Assembly: GCA_903826405.1 (NCBI GenBank)
Contig: CAIKEH010000054.1
Span: 8,027 to 72,026 of the forward strand
Direction of reading: 5' to 3'
DNA from: an uncultured bacterium
GTDB lineage: Bacteria; Bacteroidota; Bacteroidia; Chitinophagales; Chitinophagaceae
Length of the DNA: 64,000 bases
Positions 9,916-19,106 of this stretch are shown piece after piece (positions within the stretch are counted from its first letter, which is position 1; each line of letters begins with the position of its first letter). Both the position numbers and the translations under genes were made by a program. Under the pieces are notes generated by a model. That model saw only the letters and a list, made by a program, of their open reading frames with translations, made no database searches and was not told where the DNA came from.

Positions 9916-9923
9916 CAAAAATA
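9916..9923 (-). promoter_or_regulatory. -7 promoter element for hemH-hemJ
   Basis: caaaaata on + strand = TATTTTTG on -, about 20 nt upstream of the start. Confidence 0.55.
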
Positions 9924-10001
9924 GACCACGGATAGAGGACATCACATATGGAAAGTCATAAAATTGTCACTTTACCGCTAAACATTTGTATTTGCCAACA
10001 A

Positions 10002-10015
10002 CTGACCAAGATCAT
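10002..10015. promoter_or_regulatory. Possible Crp/Fnr-type site in the hemH/hemA divergent spacer
   Basis: ctgaccaagatcat fits TGA-N6-TCA. Confidence 0.25.
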
Positions 10016-10079
10016 CATGATTTAAAAAGCATTTGACCTTCAGGTGACAATTCAAGATGGCATCATCCGAAAGGTAAGT

Positions 10080-10087
10080 TACTTTTG
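10080..10087 (+). promoter_or_regulatory. -7 promoter element for the hemA operon
   Basis: tacttttg = TAnnTTTG, 17 nt before ATG 10105. Confidence 0.55.
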
Positions 10088-10104
10088 CAAGATCCATTTC
10101 ACTG

Positions 10105-11358
10105 ATGAGCATTTCATTAAAGAATCCATTGCAATCCCTCGTCGTAGCGGGAATAAATTACAGAAAGAGCGACCTTACCACCAGAGGGCGTTTTGCTCTG
10201 TCCCTTGAAGCTCAGAGAAATTTGCTCCAGACAGCAAAAGTTGCTGGTTTTTCTGAAATGTTCACGCTTTCCACCTGTAATCGGACAGAGATCTATGCCA
10301 TGACAGATGATCCCGCAACCTGTATCAAACTGTTATGCGAGCAGACTGAAGGTGGATCTGACGAATTCATCCAAGAAGGATATCTAAAGAACGGACAGGA
10401 TGCCGCCGCGCATCTCATGCAGGTCACCGCAGGTCTGGATTCCCAGATCTTGGGAGACTACGAGATCGTCAGTCAGGTCAGGCAGGCGGTTCAGCTTTCC
10501 CGAAGCCACCATATGATGGGAAGTATACTGGACAGGCTGGTAGATCTGTGCTTTCAGGTTTCCAAGCAGATTAAAAACCAAACCTCTTTGCGGGAAGGCA
10601 CCGTATCTGTTTCTTTCGCAGCGGTACAATATATAAAAGGTAAGATATCCCAAGCAGCATCCCAACCCATTTTGATCGCCGGTACGGGCAAGATCGGAAA
10701 AGCAACAGCTCGACATCTCGTTCAGTACTTGGGTACCAATGAAATCACTTTGATCAATCGAACCCATAGTAAAGCAGAGGAACTAGCCAGGGAATTAGGG
10801 TTAAGATCTGTTGAACAACATAAGTTTGAAGAAGAGATAAGAAGAGCTGGGGTCATCCTGTTGGCTACAAACGAAAATAAACCCATCATTGATGCGGATA
10901 TGCTACAGGGGTATGAAGGAAAATGGATCATTGACCTTTCGGTACCATCCGCCGTTTCGGAGGATGTGCTCAAATTACCTGGCATCCGGGTTATCCAGAT
11001 CGATGAGATCTCACGCCTGAAGGATGAAAGTCTGCATAAGCGACAGCAGGATGTTCCCTTAGCCATGAAGATCATCGATCAGCAATTAGAAAGTTTTCTG
11101 GAGTGGGTGAACATGCGTCAGCAGGTTTCCGTGATCCATGCTGCCAGGAATAAAATGCAGTTGCTCAGTTCAAATGAGCATGCCACTTCGATCAGGCCGA
11201 CAGTAGGAAACGATCATCCGAATTCAGGGGCGAACGAAAGAATACAGAAAGTAATCAGCGGCATGGCACTTCGGATGCGCAGCCGACATCAACCCGGATG
11301 CCATTTCATTGAGGCGCTCCATGAATTCATCACCCCGGAGTTGATCAATATACCATGA
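10105..11358 (+). CDS. hemA: Glutamyl-tRNA reductase
   Basis: LSTCNRTEIY (catalytic Cys), GLDSQILGDYEIVSQV, NAD(P)H-binding AGTGKIG. Confidence 0.96.
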   Translation: MSISLKNPLQSLVVAGINYRKSDLTTRGRFALSLEAQRNLLQTAKVAGFSEMFTLSTCNRTEIYAMTDDPATCIKLLCEQTEGGSDEFIQEGYLKNGQDAAAHLMQVTAGLDSQILGDYEIVSQVRQAVQLSRSHHMMGSILDRLVDLCFQVSKQIKNQTSLREGTVSVSFAAVQYIKGKISQAASQPILIAGTGKIGKATARHLVQYLGTNEITLINRTHSKAEELARELGLRSVEQHKFEEEIRRAGVILLATNENKPIIDADMLQGYEGKWIIDLSVPSAVSEDVLKLPGIRVIQIDEISRLKDESLHKRQQDVPLAMKIIDQQLESFLEWVNMRQQVSVIHAARNKMQLLSSNEHATSIRPTVGNDHPNSGANERIQKVISGMALRMRSRHQPGCHFIEALHEFITPELINIP

Positions 11359-12275
11359 GTAATACGGTCAGGATCGGAACACGCGAAAGTGTGCTGGCCA
11401 TGTGGCAAGCTGAACAGGTGCGGGCCGCACTTGCCGATAATGATTTTGAAGTGGAAATTGTTCCAGTGAAAAGTGAGGGTGACCAGGATCTGGTGACCCC
11501 GCTTTATGCATTTGGCGTTCAGGGTATCTTCACCCGAAGCCTTGACGCTGCAATCCTCAATGACCGCATTGATATCGCGGTGCATTCCATGAAGGATGTT
11601 CCAGTGTTGCTTCCTGAAGGGATCATCCAACTGGCGGTCTTGGAACGGGGTCCATGGGCTGACATTTTGATCCTGAACGAAAAACATGCAGGAAAAAACT
11701 GGGAAGAGATCTGTAAGGATAAACTATCCATAGCAACCAGCAGCATCCGCCGTCGAGCTCAGTGGCTGAACAGGTTCCCTGACCACAAGATGGTGGACCT
11801 CAGGGGCAATATCGCTACACGAATCAGAAAGATCAGGGAGGAGGATTGGGATGGTGCCATCTTCGCAGAAGCAGGATTGCACAGGTTGGGACTGTTGCAA
11901 CAGAATGAGATTCCTCTGGATTGGATGCTTCCTGCACCTGCTCAGGGTGCCATCATGGTTGTTGGACGAGCAGACCTCAGGAGTTCTGAAAAGATAACCT
12001 CAATACTCAACGATCCGATCACCGCACAATGCGTGAAAGCGGAACGCGATTTCCTTCAGGAATTGCTTGGAGGCTGCTCCACCCCCATCAGCGCACATGC
12101 CCATCACAAATCCGGCATGATCCACTTCCGGGGTTCCATACATACGCCCGATGGACAGGAAACCATGTCCGTCGAACTGAAGGAAAAAGCACAGGATGCA
12201 ACAGGAATCGGATTGCGGGCAGCCGAAAACATGGTTAGGGATGGAGGCCAAGCTATCATCAGTAAGATCAAATAG
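11355..12275 (+). CDS. hemC: Hydroxymethylbilane synthase
   Basis: RIGTRES.LAMWQA, DIAVHSMKDVP, TSSIRR, LRGNIATR, GGCSTPI. Confidence 0.97.
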   Translation: MSNTVRIGTRESVLAMWQAEQVRAALADNDFEVEIVPVKSEGDQDLVTPLYAFGVQGIFTRSLDAAILNDRIDIAVHSMKDVPVLLPEGIIQLAVLERGPWADILILNEKHAGKNWEEICKDKLSIATSSIRRRAQWLNRFPDHKMVDLRGNIATRIRKIREEDWDGAIFAEAGLHRLGLLQQNEIPLDWMLPAPAQGAIMVVGRADLRSSEKITSILNDPITAQCVKAERDFLQELLGGCSTPISAHAHHKSGMIHFRGSIHTPDGQETMSVELKEKAQDATGIGLRAAENMVRDGGQAIISKIK

Positions 12276-12276
12276 A

Positions 12277-12978
12277 ATGAGTGAATCCTTACTTATATTG
12301 AGCACTCGGCCTATCGATGACCCCACCACGCAGGAACTCCGTATGAAAGGGATCGAAGTGCAAGTCGTCCCATTCATCGACACGGTGCCGATTGAGGATA
12401 TGGCCACTACACTGCGGATCAAAGAGATCATGAGCTCTCGTTCCACAGTGGTGTTCACCAGCATGAATGGCGTACAGTCCGTTGCCGATAAATTGGTTTG
12501 GGGTACACCTGCATGGCGGATCTATACCATGGGTACCACAACCAGAAAACTGGTGGAACACTACTTCGAACCGGAGTCCATCGCAGGAACGGGCAATAAC
12601 GCATCCGAGCTAGCCCATAAGATCATCCGGGATGGCGTGGACAAAGAGGTGGTTTTCTTCTGCGGAGATATACGCAGGGATGAATTACCGAATGCCCTTC
12701 GAGAGGCAGGCATCAATGTTAAAGAGATAACGGTATACAACACACTTGAAACACCGAAAAAATTGAATGAGGAATTTGACGGGATCCTTTTTTTCAGTCC
12801 AAGTGCTGTAAGGAGTTTTTTTAGGGTGAATCGGGTTCCACCGCAAACCATACTTTTCTCCATCGGAGACACCACGGCCGCTGAGATCAGAAAACATGCA
12901 CAAAATACCGTTGTCGTCAATGATGTCCCGGGGAAAGAGAACCTGATCCGGGCTCTTACCGAATATTACCAGAGGTGA
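12277..12978 (+). CDS. hemD: Uroporphyrinogen-III synthase; start moved from 12196 to MSESLL
   Basis: VFTSMNGV, VYNT, LFFSPSAV, SIGDTTA; ATG 1 nt after the hemC stop. Confidence 0.9.
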   Translation: MSESLLILSTRPIDDPTTQELRMKGIEVQVVPFIDTVPIEDMATTLRIKEIMSSRSTVVFTSMNGVQSVADKLVWGTPAWRIYTMGTTTRKLVEHYFEPESIAGTGNNASELAHKIIRDGVDKEVVFFCGDIRRDELPNALREAGINVKEITVYNTLETPKKLNEEFDGILFFSPSAVRSFFRVNRVPPQTILFSIGDTTAAEIRKHAQNTVVVNDVPGKENLIRALTEYYQR

Positions 12979-13018
12979 ATCCAGAAAAATTAGAACACGT
13001 TCGCAGAAATAGCCATTC

Positions 13019-14041
13019 ATGCTGAAAAACGACTTATTACTCAAAGCCCTGAGACAGGAACCGGTAGAAAGGCCTCCGGTCTGGATGATGCGTCAGGCAG
13101 GAAGATATCTGCCCGATTATATAAAACTCAGGAATCAGTACGATTTTTTTACCCGGGTCCAAACACCGGAACTCGCCACCGCCATCACCCTTCAACCGGT
13201 TGATCAGGTAGGCGTGGATGCAGCCATACTGTTTTCTGATATTCTGGTGATCCCACAGGCAATGGGTGTTGAAGTGTTGATGGAAGAAGGGAAAGGCCCG
13301 TCGTTGCCCAAGGTCATCCGCACGAAGAAAGATATCGATGCCCTGTTCACGGATCATGCAAAAGAACGTTTGGACTATGTGATGAAGGCCCTTCAGCTTA
13401 CGAAAAAGGAACTGGATGGAAGTGTTCCGCTCATCGGTTTCGCAGGTGCACCCTGGACCATTTTCTGCTACATGGTCGAAGGCAAAGGCAGCAAAACCTG
13501 GTCCCAAGCCAAATCATTCGCCTACAATCAGCCGGAACTCACTCATTCCCTGCTTTCCAAGATTACCGACATCACCATCGATTACCTCATTGCCCAAGCA
13601 GGATCGGGCGCGGATGTTTTACAGGTATTTGACAGTTGGGCAGGTGCCCTTAGTCCGGCAGATTTCCAATTGTTCGCTTTCCCCTATTTAGAAAGGATTG
13701 CCACAGCCGTGGCACCCCATGCACCCGTCATACTTTTCCCGAAAGGAAGCTGGTATGCGATAGAAGACCTATGCCGAACTGCTGCATCGGGTATCGGAAT
13801 CGACTGGTGCATATCCCCAAAGGACGCAAGGAAAAAGGCAGGGGTCAAAACCCTGCAGGGGAATTTCGACCCGGCGAAACTACTGGCTCCCATTCCCATG
13901 ATCCGGGAAGAAGTGAAAAAGATGATCGACGGTTTCGGCAAGCAGTCGTACATAGCCAATCTTGGTCATGGGATCACCCCTGATGTACCCGTCGATCACG
14001 CCAAGGCATTTGTGGAAGCAGTAAAGGAATATAGATCATGA
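13019..14041 (+). CDS. hemE: Uroporphyrinogen decarboxylase
   Basis: PVWMMRQAGRYLP, DAAILFSDIL, LQGNFDP, NLGHGI. Confidence 0.97.
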   Translation: MLKNDLLLKALRQEPVERPPVWMMRQAGRYLPDYIKLRNQYDFFTRVQTPELATAITLQPVDQVGVDAAILFSDILVIPQAMGVEVLMEEGKGPSLPKVIRTKKDIDALFTDHAKERLDYVMKALQLTKKELDGSVPLIGFAGAPWTIFCYMVEGKGSKTWSQAKSFAYNQPELTHSLLSKITDITIDYLIAQAGSGADVLQVFDSWAGALSPADFQLFAFPYLERIATAVAPHAPVILFPKGSWYAIEDLCRTAASGIGIDWCISPKDARKKAGVKTLQGNFDPAKLLAPIPMIREEVKKMIDGFGKQSYIANLGHGITPDVPVDHAKAFVEAVKEYRS

Positions 14042-14059
14042 AACGCTCAACTTTCCAAG

Positions 14060-14971
14060 ATGGATATCAAGCAAACCTGGGTCAATTTCATCCATGAATT
14101 GCAGGATAGCATCTGTGCCGGATTGGAGAGACAAGACGGCATGGCGCAATTCGTTGAAGATCGGTGGGAAAGGGATGAAGGTGGAGGAGGAAAGACAAGG
14201 GTCATCGCCCATGGTAAAGTCTTTGAAAAAGGTGGAGTGAACACCTCGGTAGTATTCGGTCAGGTCACTGAAACCATGCGAGACCAACTAAAGATTGATG
14301 GCCATCAATGGTTCGCCTGCGGCCTCAGTCTCGTCATTCATCCGTATAATCCATTCGTACCCACCATTCACGCCAATTACCGGATGTTCGAGCTTTATGA
14401 TCAATATGGTGCTACTGTGGACAGATGGTGGGGGGGAGGCACAGATCTCACGCCCTACTACTTATTCGATGAAGATGCCATACATTTTCATGGTACGCTG
14501 AAAACAGTTTGTGATCGATCGGACCCGGAATTGTATCCCATCTACAAGAAAACCTGCGACGATTATTTCACCAATACGCATCGGAATGGAGAGCGAAGGG
14601 GCATCGGTGGTATATTTTTCGATCATCAACGGGCGGAAGGTGTCAGGGATGCCGCATTCTGGATCAAACTTGCCCGTGACTGCGGGGATTCTTTCCTTCC
14701 CGGATATCTTCCTATCGTGGAACGCCGGAAAAGCAAGAACTTCACGCCCGCACAAAAGTACTGGCAGGAAATAAGAAGAGGCAGATACGTCGAATTCAAT
14801 CTGCTGCATGACAGGGGAACGATATTCGGATTAAAAACCAATGGACGAACGGAAAGCATCCTGATGAGCCTACCCCCTACCGTTAGATTCGATTATGCTT
14901 TTCAACCCGAGGCAGGAAGTGATGAGGAAAGATTAATTGAAATTTGTCGTAACCCCAAAAAGTGGATTTAA
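14060..14971 (+). CDS. hemF: Oxygen-dependent coproporphyrinogen III oxidase
   Basis: FEKGGVN, NPFVPTIHANYR, GGGTDLTP, RGIGGIFFD, RRGRYVEFNL. Confidence 0.97.
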   Translation: MDIKQTWVNFIHELQDSICAGLERQDGMAQFVEDRWERDEGGGGKTRVIAHGKVFEKGGVNTSVVFGQVTETMRDQLKIDGHQWFACGLSLVIHPYNPFVPTIHANYRMFELYDQYGATVDRWWGGGTDLTPYYLFDEDAIHFHGTLKTVCDRSDPELYPIYKKTCDDYFTNTHRNGERRGIGGIFFDHQRAEGVRDAAFWIKLARDCGDSFLPGYLPIVERRKSKNFTPAQKYWQEIRRGRYVEFNLLHDRGTIFGLKTNGRTESILMSLPPTVRFDYAFQPEAGSDEERLIEICRNPKKWI

Positions 14972-14980
14972 ACACCCCTC

Positions 14981-15955
14981 ATGGCAACATACCGCAGGAA
15001 TAGAATATTGAGACAATCTGCATCCATACGAAGCATGGTAGCGGAAACCCGCCTGTCTCCATCCGATTTCATCGTCCCCCTTTTCATCATTGAAGGGGAG
15101 AATACCCGGGACGAGATAGCATCCATGCCAGGCTATCACCGTCTATCACTGGACCGGACCATCGATGAAGTGCGTGACCTGTGGACGATGGGACTCCGTT
15201 CGGTATTGCTTTTCATAAAATGCAAAGATGAACTGAAGGACAATAAGGGTACGGAGGCACTCAATCCTGATGGACTCATGCAAAGAAGCATCCGTGCCAT
15301 CAAGGAAGCCGTTCCGGGGATGCTGGTCATGACCGACGTAGCACTCGACCCTTACTCTTCGTTTGGCCATGATGGCATTGTGGTTAAAGGGGAGATCGTC
15401 AATGACCCTACAATAAAAGTTCTCGCGGAAATGAGCGTAAGCCATGCCCAAGCCGGTGCGGACATGGTTGCCCCCAGCGATATGATGGATGGTCGCGTGC
15501 ATGCCATCAGAAATGCACTGGAACAGCAGGGTTTCACTAAAACAGGGATCATGAGTTATAGCGCCAAATATGCGTCGTGCTTCTATGGCCCTTTCCGGGA
15601 TGCCCTCGATTCCGCACCGGGCTTCGGCGACAAGAAAACCTATCAAATGGATTTCGCCAACCGTCTCGAAGCCATCCGGGAGGTCCAGACTGATGTAGAA
15701 GAAGGTGCAGACATCGTCATGGTCAAACCGGCACTCTCCTATCTGGACATCATACGAGAAGTAAAAAATGCAGTATCCGTACCCGTTAGTGCTTATAACA
15801 TCAGCGGGGAATATGCCATGATCAAAGCCGCAGCAAAAATGGGATGGATAGACGAGGACAAAGCCATTCTGGAGACCCTGACCTCTATCAAGCGCGCAGG
15901 TGCCGATTTGATCGCGACCTATTTCGCAAAAGATGCCGTCAGGCTCATCACCTAA
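14981..15955 (+). CDS. hemB: Porphobilinogen synthase
   Basis: TDVALDPYSSFGHDG, APSDMMDGR, FYGPFRDA, MVKPALSYLD. Confidence 0.97.
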   Translation: MATYRRNRILRQSASIRSMVAETRLSPSDFIVPLFIIEGENTRDEIASMPGYHRLSLDRTIDEVRDLWTMGLRSVLLFIKCKDELKDNKGTEALNPDGLMQRSIRAIKEAVPGMLVMTDVALDPYSSFGHDGIVVKGEIVNDPTIKVLAEMSVSHAQAGADMVAPSDMMDGRVHAIRNALEQQGFTKTGIMSYSAKYASCFYGPFRDALDSAPGFGDKKTYQMDFANRLEAIREVQTDVEEGADIVMVKPALSYLDIIREVKNAVSVPVSAYNISGEYAMIKAAAKMGWIDEDKAILETLTSIKRAGADLIATYFAKDAVRLIT

Positions 15956-15964
15956 ACAGAGAAA

Positions 15965-17251
15965 ATGAAAAGAGAAAAGAGTTTGTCCTTGTTCGAACGT
16001 GCGCAGGGATCCATACCCGGAGGAGTGAACTCTCCTGTCCGTGCCTTCAGAAGTGTAGGTGGAACCCCTATTTTCATCGACCATGCCCAAGGCTCATACC
16101 TATTTGATGCCGATGGTAATAGATACATAGACTACATTGCTTCCTGGGGGCCGATGATCCTTGGACATGCCCATCCTGCAGTGACGGAGTCCATTTGTAC
16201 TTATGCGTCAAGGTCCACCTCCTATGGTGCTCCCACCGAGTTGGAGATCAACATGGCGGAGCTGATCAAGAGCATGGTCCCCCATGTGGACCTGATCCGA
16301 ATGGTCAGCAGTGGAACGGAAGCTTGTATGAGCGCCCTGCGACTGGCCCGAGGGTATACGGGGAGGAACAAAGTCATCAAATTCGAGGGGCATTACCACG
16401 GTCATGCAGACCCATTCCTCGTGAAAGCAGGTAGCGGACTGGCCAGTTTCAATATTCAGTCCGTTCCCGGGGTGACTGCAGGGGTGACACAGGATACGCT
16501 CATTGCAAAGTATAATGATCTGGAAAGTGTACTCTCCATCACCAGACGATATCCGGGTGAGATTGCAGCCATCATCACGGAGCCTGTAGCAGGAAATATG
16601 GGATGTGTGCTTCCCGAACCTGGATTCCTCGAGGGCTTACGCGAACTCTGCGATCAAGAAGGCATACTCCTCATACTAGACGAAGTGATGACCGGATTCC
16701 GTCTTGCTCCCGGCGGCGCACAGGAAAAACTCGGCATACGTGCAGACATCGTCACTTACGGGAAAGTCATTGGAGGCGGCTTGCCTGTGGGAGCATTTGG
16801 TGGCCGAAAGGAGATCATGGAACATATCGCACCACTCGGACAAGTATATCAGGCGGGCACCCTGAGCGGGAACCCGCTGGCCATGATCGCAGGCTACACC
16901 ACATTGAAGACACTGAAGGATGATCCTTCCATATATGAACAATTGGATTCCAAGACCGCTTATCTGGAAAAAGGTATGCGCATTTTGCTCGAAAAAAAAG
17001 GGATCCCCTATCGCATCAATCGGCTCGGAAGCATGATCAGTGTTCATTTCACGAATGAGGACATCATTGATTTCGGATCCGCCTCCCGGGCAGACATACC
17101 CCTTTTCAACAGAATGTTCCATCATATGCTTGACAATGGAGTTTACCTGCCCCCATCCGCATACGAGGCCTGGTTTCTGAATAACGCGCTGACCCAGCAT
17201 GATCTGGACCACACCATCGGATCAGTCGGAGATTTCCTGAACAGTTTTTGA
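15965..17251 (+). CDS. hemL: Glutamate-1-semialdehyde 2,1-aminomutase
   Basis: IPGGVNSPVRAF, SSGTEACM, DEVMTGFR, GKVIGGGLP, AGTLSGNP. Confidence 0.97.
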   Translation: MKREKSLSLFERAQGSIPGGVNSPVRAFRSVGGTPIFIDHAQGSYLFDADGNRYIDYIASWGPMILGHAHPAVTESICTYASRSTSYGAPTELEINMAELIKSMVPHVDLIRMVSSGTEACMSALRLARGYTGRNKVIKFEGHYHGHADPFLVKAGSGLASFNIQSVPGVTAGVTQDTLIAKYNDLESVLSITRRYPGEIAAIITEPVAGNMGCVLPEPGFLEGLRELCDQEGILLILDEVMTGFRLAPGGAQEKLGIRADIVTYGKVIGGGLPVGAFGGRKEIMEHIAPLGQVYQAGTLSGNPLAMIAGYTTLKTLKDDPSIYEQLDSKTAYLEKGMRILLEKKGIPYRINRLGSMISVHFTNEDIIDFGSASRADIPLFNRMFHHMLDNGVYLPPSAYEAWFLNNALTQHDLDHTIGSVGDFLNSF

Positions 17252-17314
17252 TCCTGATCCTGAAAGAGTTTAATCCTTACTTTTACGACCTGATCAACAA
17301 ATCCCAACTCAACC

Positions 17315-18394
17315 ATGTCCCTTAATCCCATTCGGACCGGTCTGGTCAGTTTCGGCATCTCCTCACGTACCTTCCATGCACCCTTCCTGACCACCATGCC
17401 TGAATTTGAACTAGTAAAGGTCATGGAAAGGAATGGTAATGAATCGGAGAAGAAATATCCCGGCGTGATCGCTGTCCGATCCCTGGATGAATTGCTGGCG
17501 GATGAAACGATCGAACTCATCGTGATCACCTCGCCCAATGAAACCCATCATACCTATGCCATTGCGGCCATGGAAGCAGGCAAACATGTGGTGGTGGAAA
17601 AGCCATTTGCCAACAACTCCAAAGAGGCCATGGAAATGGTGGAGACCTCACACAGGACCGGAAAGATCTGCAGTGTATACCAGAATCGTAGATACGTCAC
17701 GGACTTCCTGACCATGAGGAAGATCCTCGACGAAAAATTACTGGGGGAGGTTCATGAATTCGATGCACATTACGACCGTTATCGACCACTTCCCCGAACC
17801 TATGGTACATGGAGAGAAGACGATATCCCGGGTAGTGGCGTTTTTTTCGATCTGGGACCACATCTGATCGACCAGTCCCTATGTTTTTTTGGCCTACCCC
17901 AACGAATTCATGCAGACATCAGAAGACAAAAACCATATTCCAAGGTGGATGATTATTTTGATATACGACTGGATTACGGCTGGCTTAAAGTTCTCCTGAA
18001 ATCGAGTATGCTGGTACGTGAAATGGGGCCACGATACATGATTCATGGCACCTTGGGATCTTACATCAAATCGGGCGAGGATCCTCAGGAAGACAGATTG
18101 AAGGCAGGTGAATTGCCCATCGGTGAGGATTGGTGTTATGAATCCGAAGACACTTATGGTCTACTGCATACGGAAATAGATGGAAAGCCAGTCAGGGAAA
18201 AATATCCTTCACTCCGCGGCAATTACGCAGGATTCTATGCCAACATGCATGCCAGCATCAGGAATAATGCTCCGGTGAGCGAAAAGCCCGAACATGGATT
18301 CAATGTCATCAGGATTATCGAACTGGCTTTCGAAAGTAGTGCCGTACAATGCAGCATTCCCTGTACCGGTCTGATCCCTACAACTTACCGCTAG
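17315..18394 (+). CDS. Gfo/Idh/MocA family oxidoreductase (YdgJ/IolW-like)
   Basis: SFGISSRTFHAP, VVVEKPF, VYQNRR, DLGPHLIDQ. Confidence 0.85.
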   Translation: MSLNPIRTGLVSFGISSRTFHAPFLTTMPEFELVKVMERNGNESEKKYPGVIAVRSLDELLADETIELIVITSPNETHHTYAIAAMEAGKHVVVEKPFANNSKEAMEMVETSHRTGKICSVYQNRRYVTDFLTMRKILDEKLLGEVHEFDAHYDRYRPLPRTYGTWREDDIPGSGVFFDLGPHLIDQSLCFFGLPQRIHADIRRQKPYSKVDDYFDIRLDYGWLKVLLKSSMLVREMGPRYMIHGTLGSYIKSGEDPQEDRLKAGELPIGEDWCYESEDTYGLLHTEIDGKPVREKYPSLRGNYAGFYANMHASIRNNAPVSEKPEHGFNVIRIIELAFESSAVQCSIPCTGLIPTTYR

Positions 18395-19106
18395 CATCCC
18401 TGTCGAGATACAACGTACATGCTGGGTGCTCCCTCATGAGACTAGCCGGAATATCATTGCCGACCGGACCATTGACCGTTTTCGCAATGATATCCGCCTT
18501 ATGCTTTCCATTAGCGATGAGCAACACATGAGATGTGGACAGAAGTGTACCCAAGCCCAAAGTAAGGCCTTTAGTAGGCATGTCCTTGGGTCCTAAGAAA
18601 TAGGATTGTCCGGAATGAAGAGTGATCGCTTCCAGTTCGATGACCTGAGTACGAAGCGTAGGATCGGATCCCGGTTCATTGAAACCCAAATGCCCGTTTG
18701 CACCTATCCCCAAAACGGCGATGTCGAGCCCTCCGTGTGAATCGATGATCTCTTCAGCCTTACGTTTTTCCATTTCAATGTCCGGAGCCATCCCGTCGAA
18801 AAAAGAGAACCTATCTTCCGTTATGCCAAGAGGGATGAACAGATGTTCATCGAAAAAATGCCGGCAACTTCCTTTTTCAGAATGGGGTACCCCCACCCAT
18901 TCATCCAGACCGATGAAATCCCAATTGGGTTTTGTACCCGTGGACAGATAATGGTCTCGCAGGTATTTACAGAACAGGATCGGCGTATGTCCCGAAGGAA
19001 GGCATACCAATGGTCTTTCGTATGAAGAAGCGATAGCGAGGAAATCCTCCGCAGCGGCCCAACTCATGTCGGCATAACTTTCCTTGACGACGATCTTCAT
19101 GTTCAT
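18378..19106 (-). CDS. nagB: Glucosamine-6-phosphate deaminase (NagB/AgaI family)
   Basis: LPSGHTP, GLDEWVG, LGIGANGHLGFNEPG. Confidence 0.8.
   Translation of the reverse strand: MNMKIVVKESYADMSWAAAEDFLAIASSYERPLVCLPSGHTPILFCKYLRDHYLSTGTKPNWDFIGLDEWVGVPHSEKGSCRHFFDEHLFIPLGITEDRFSFFDGMAPDIEMEKRKAEEIIDSHGGLDIAVLGIGANGHLGFNEPGSDPTLRTQVIELEAITLHSGQSYFLGPKDMPTKGLTLGLGTLLSTSHVLLIANGKHKADIIAKTVNGPVGNDIPASLMREHPACTLYLDRDASGKL

Noticed and set aside
15146-16090. 314-aa antisense ORF over hemB
   Set aside because: Shadow frame of a highly conserved gene; no recognisable motifs.
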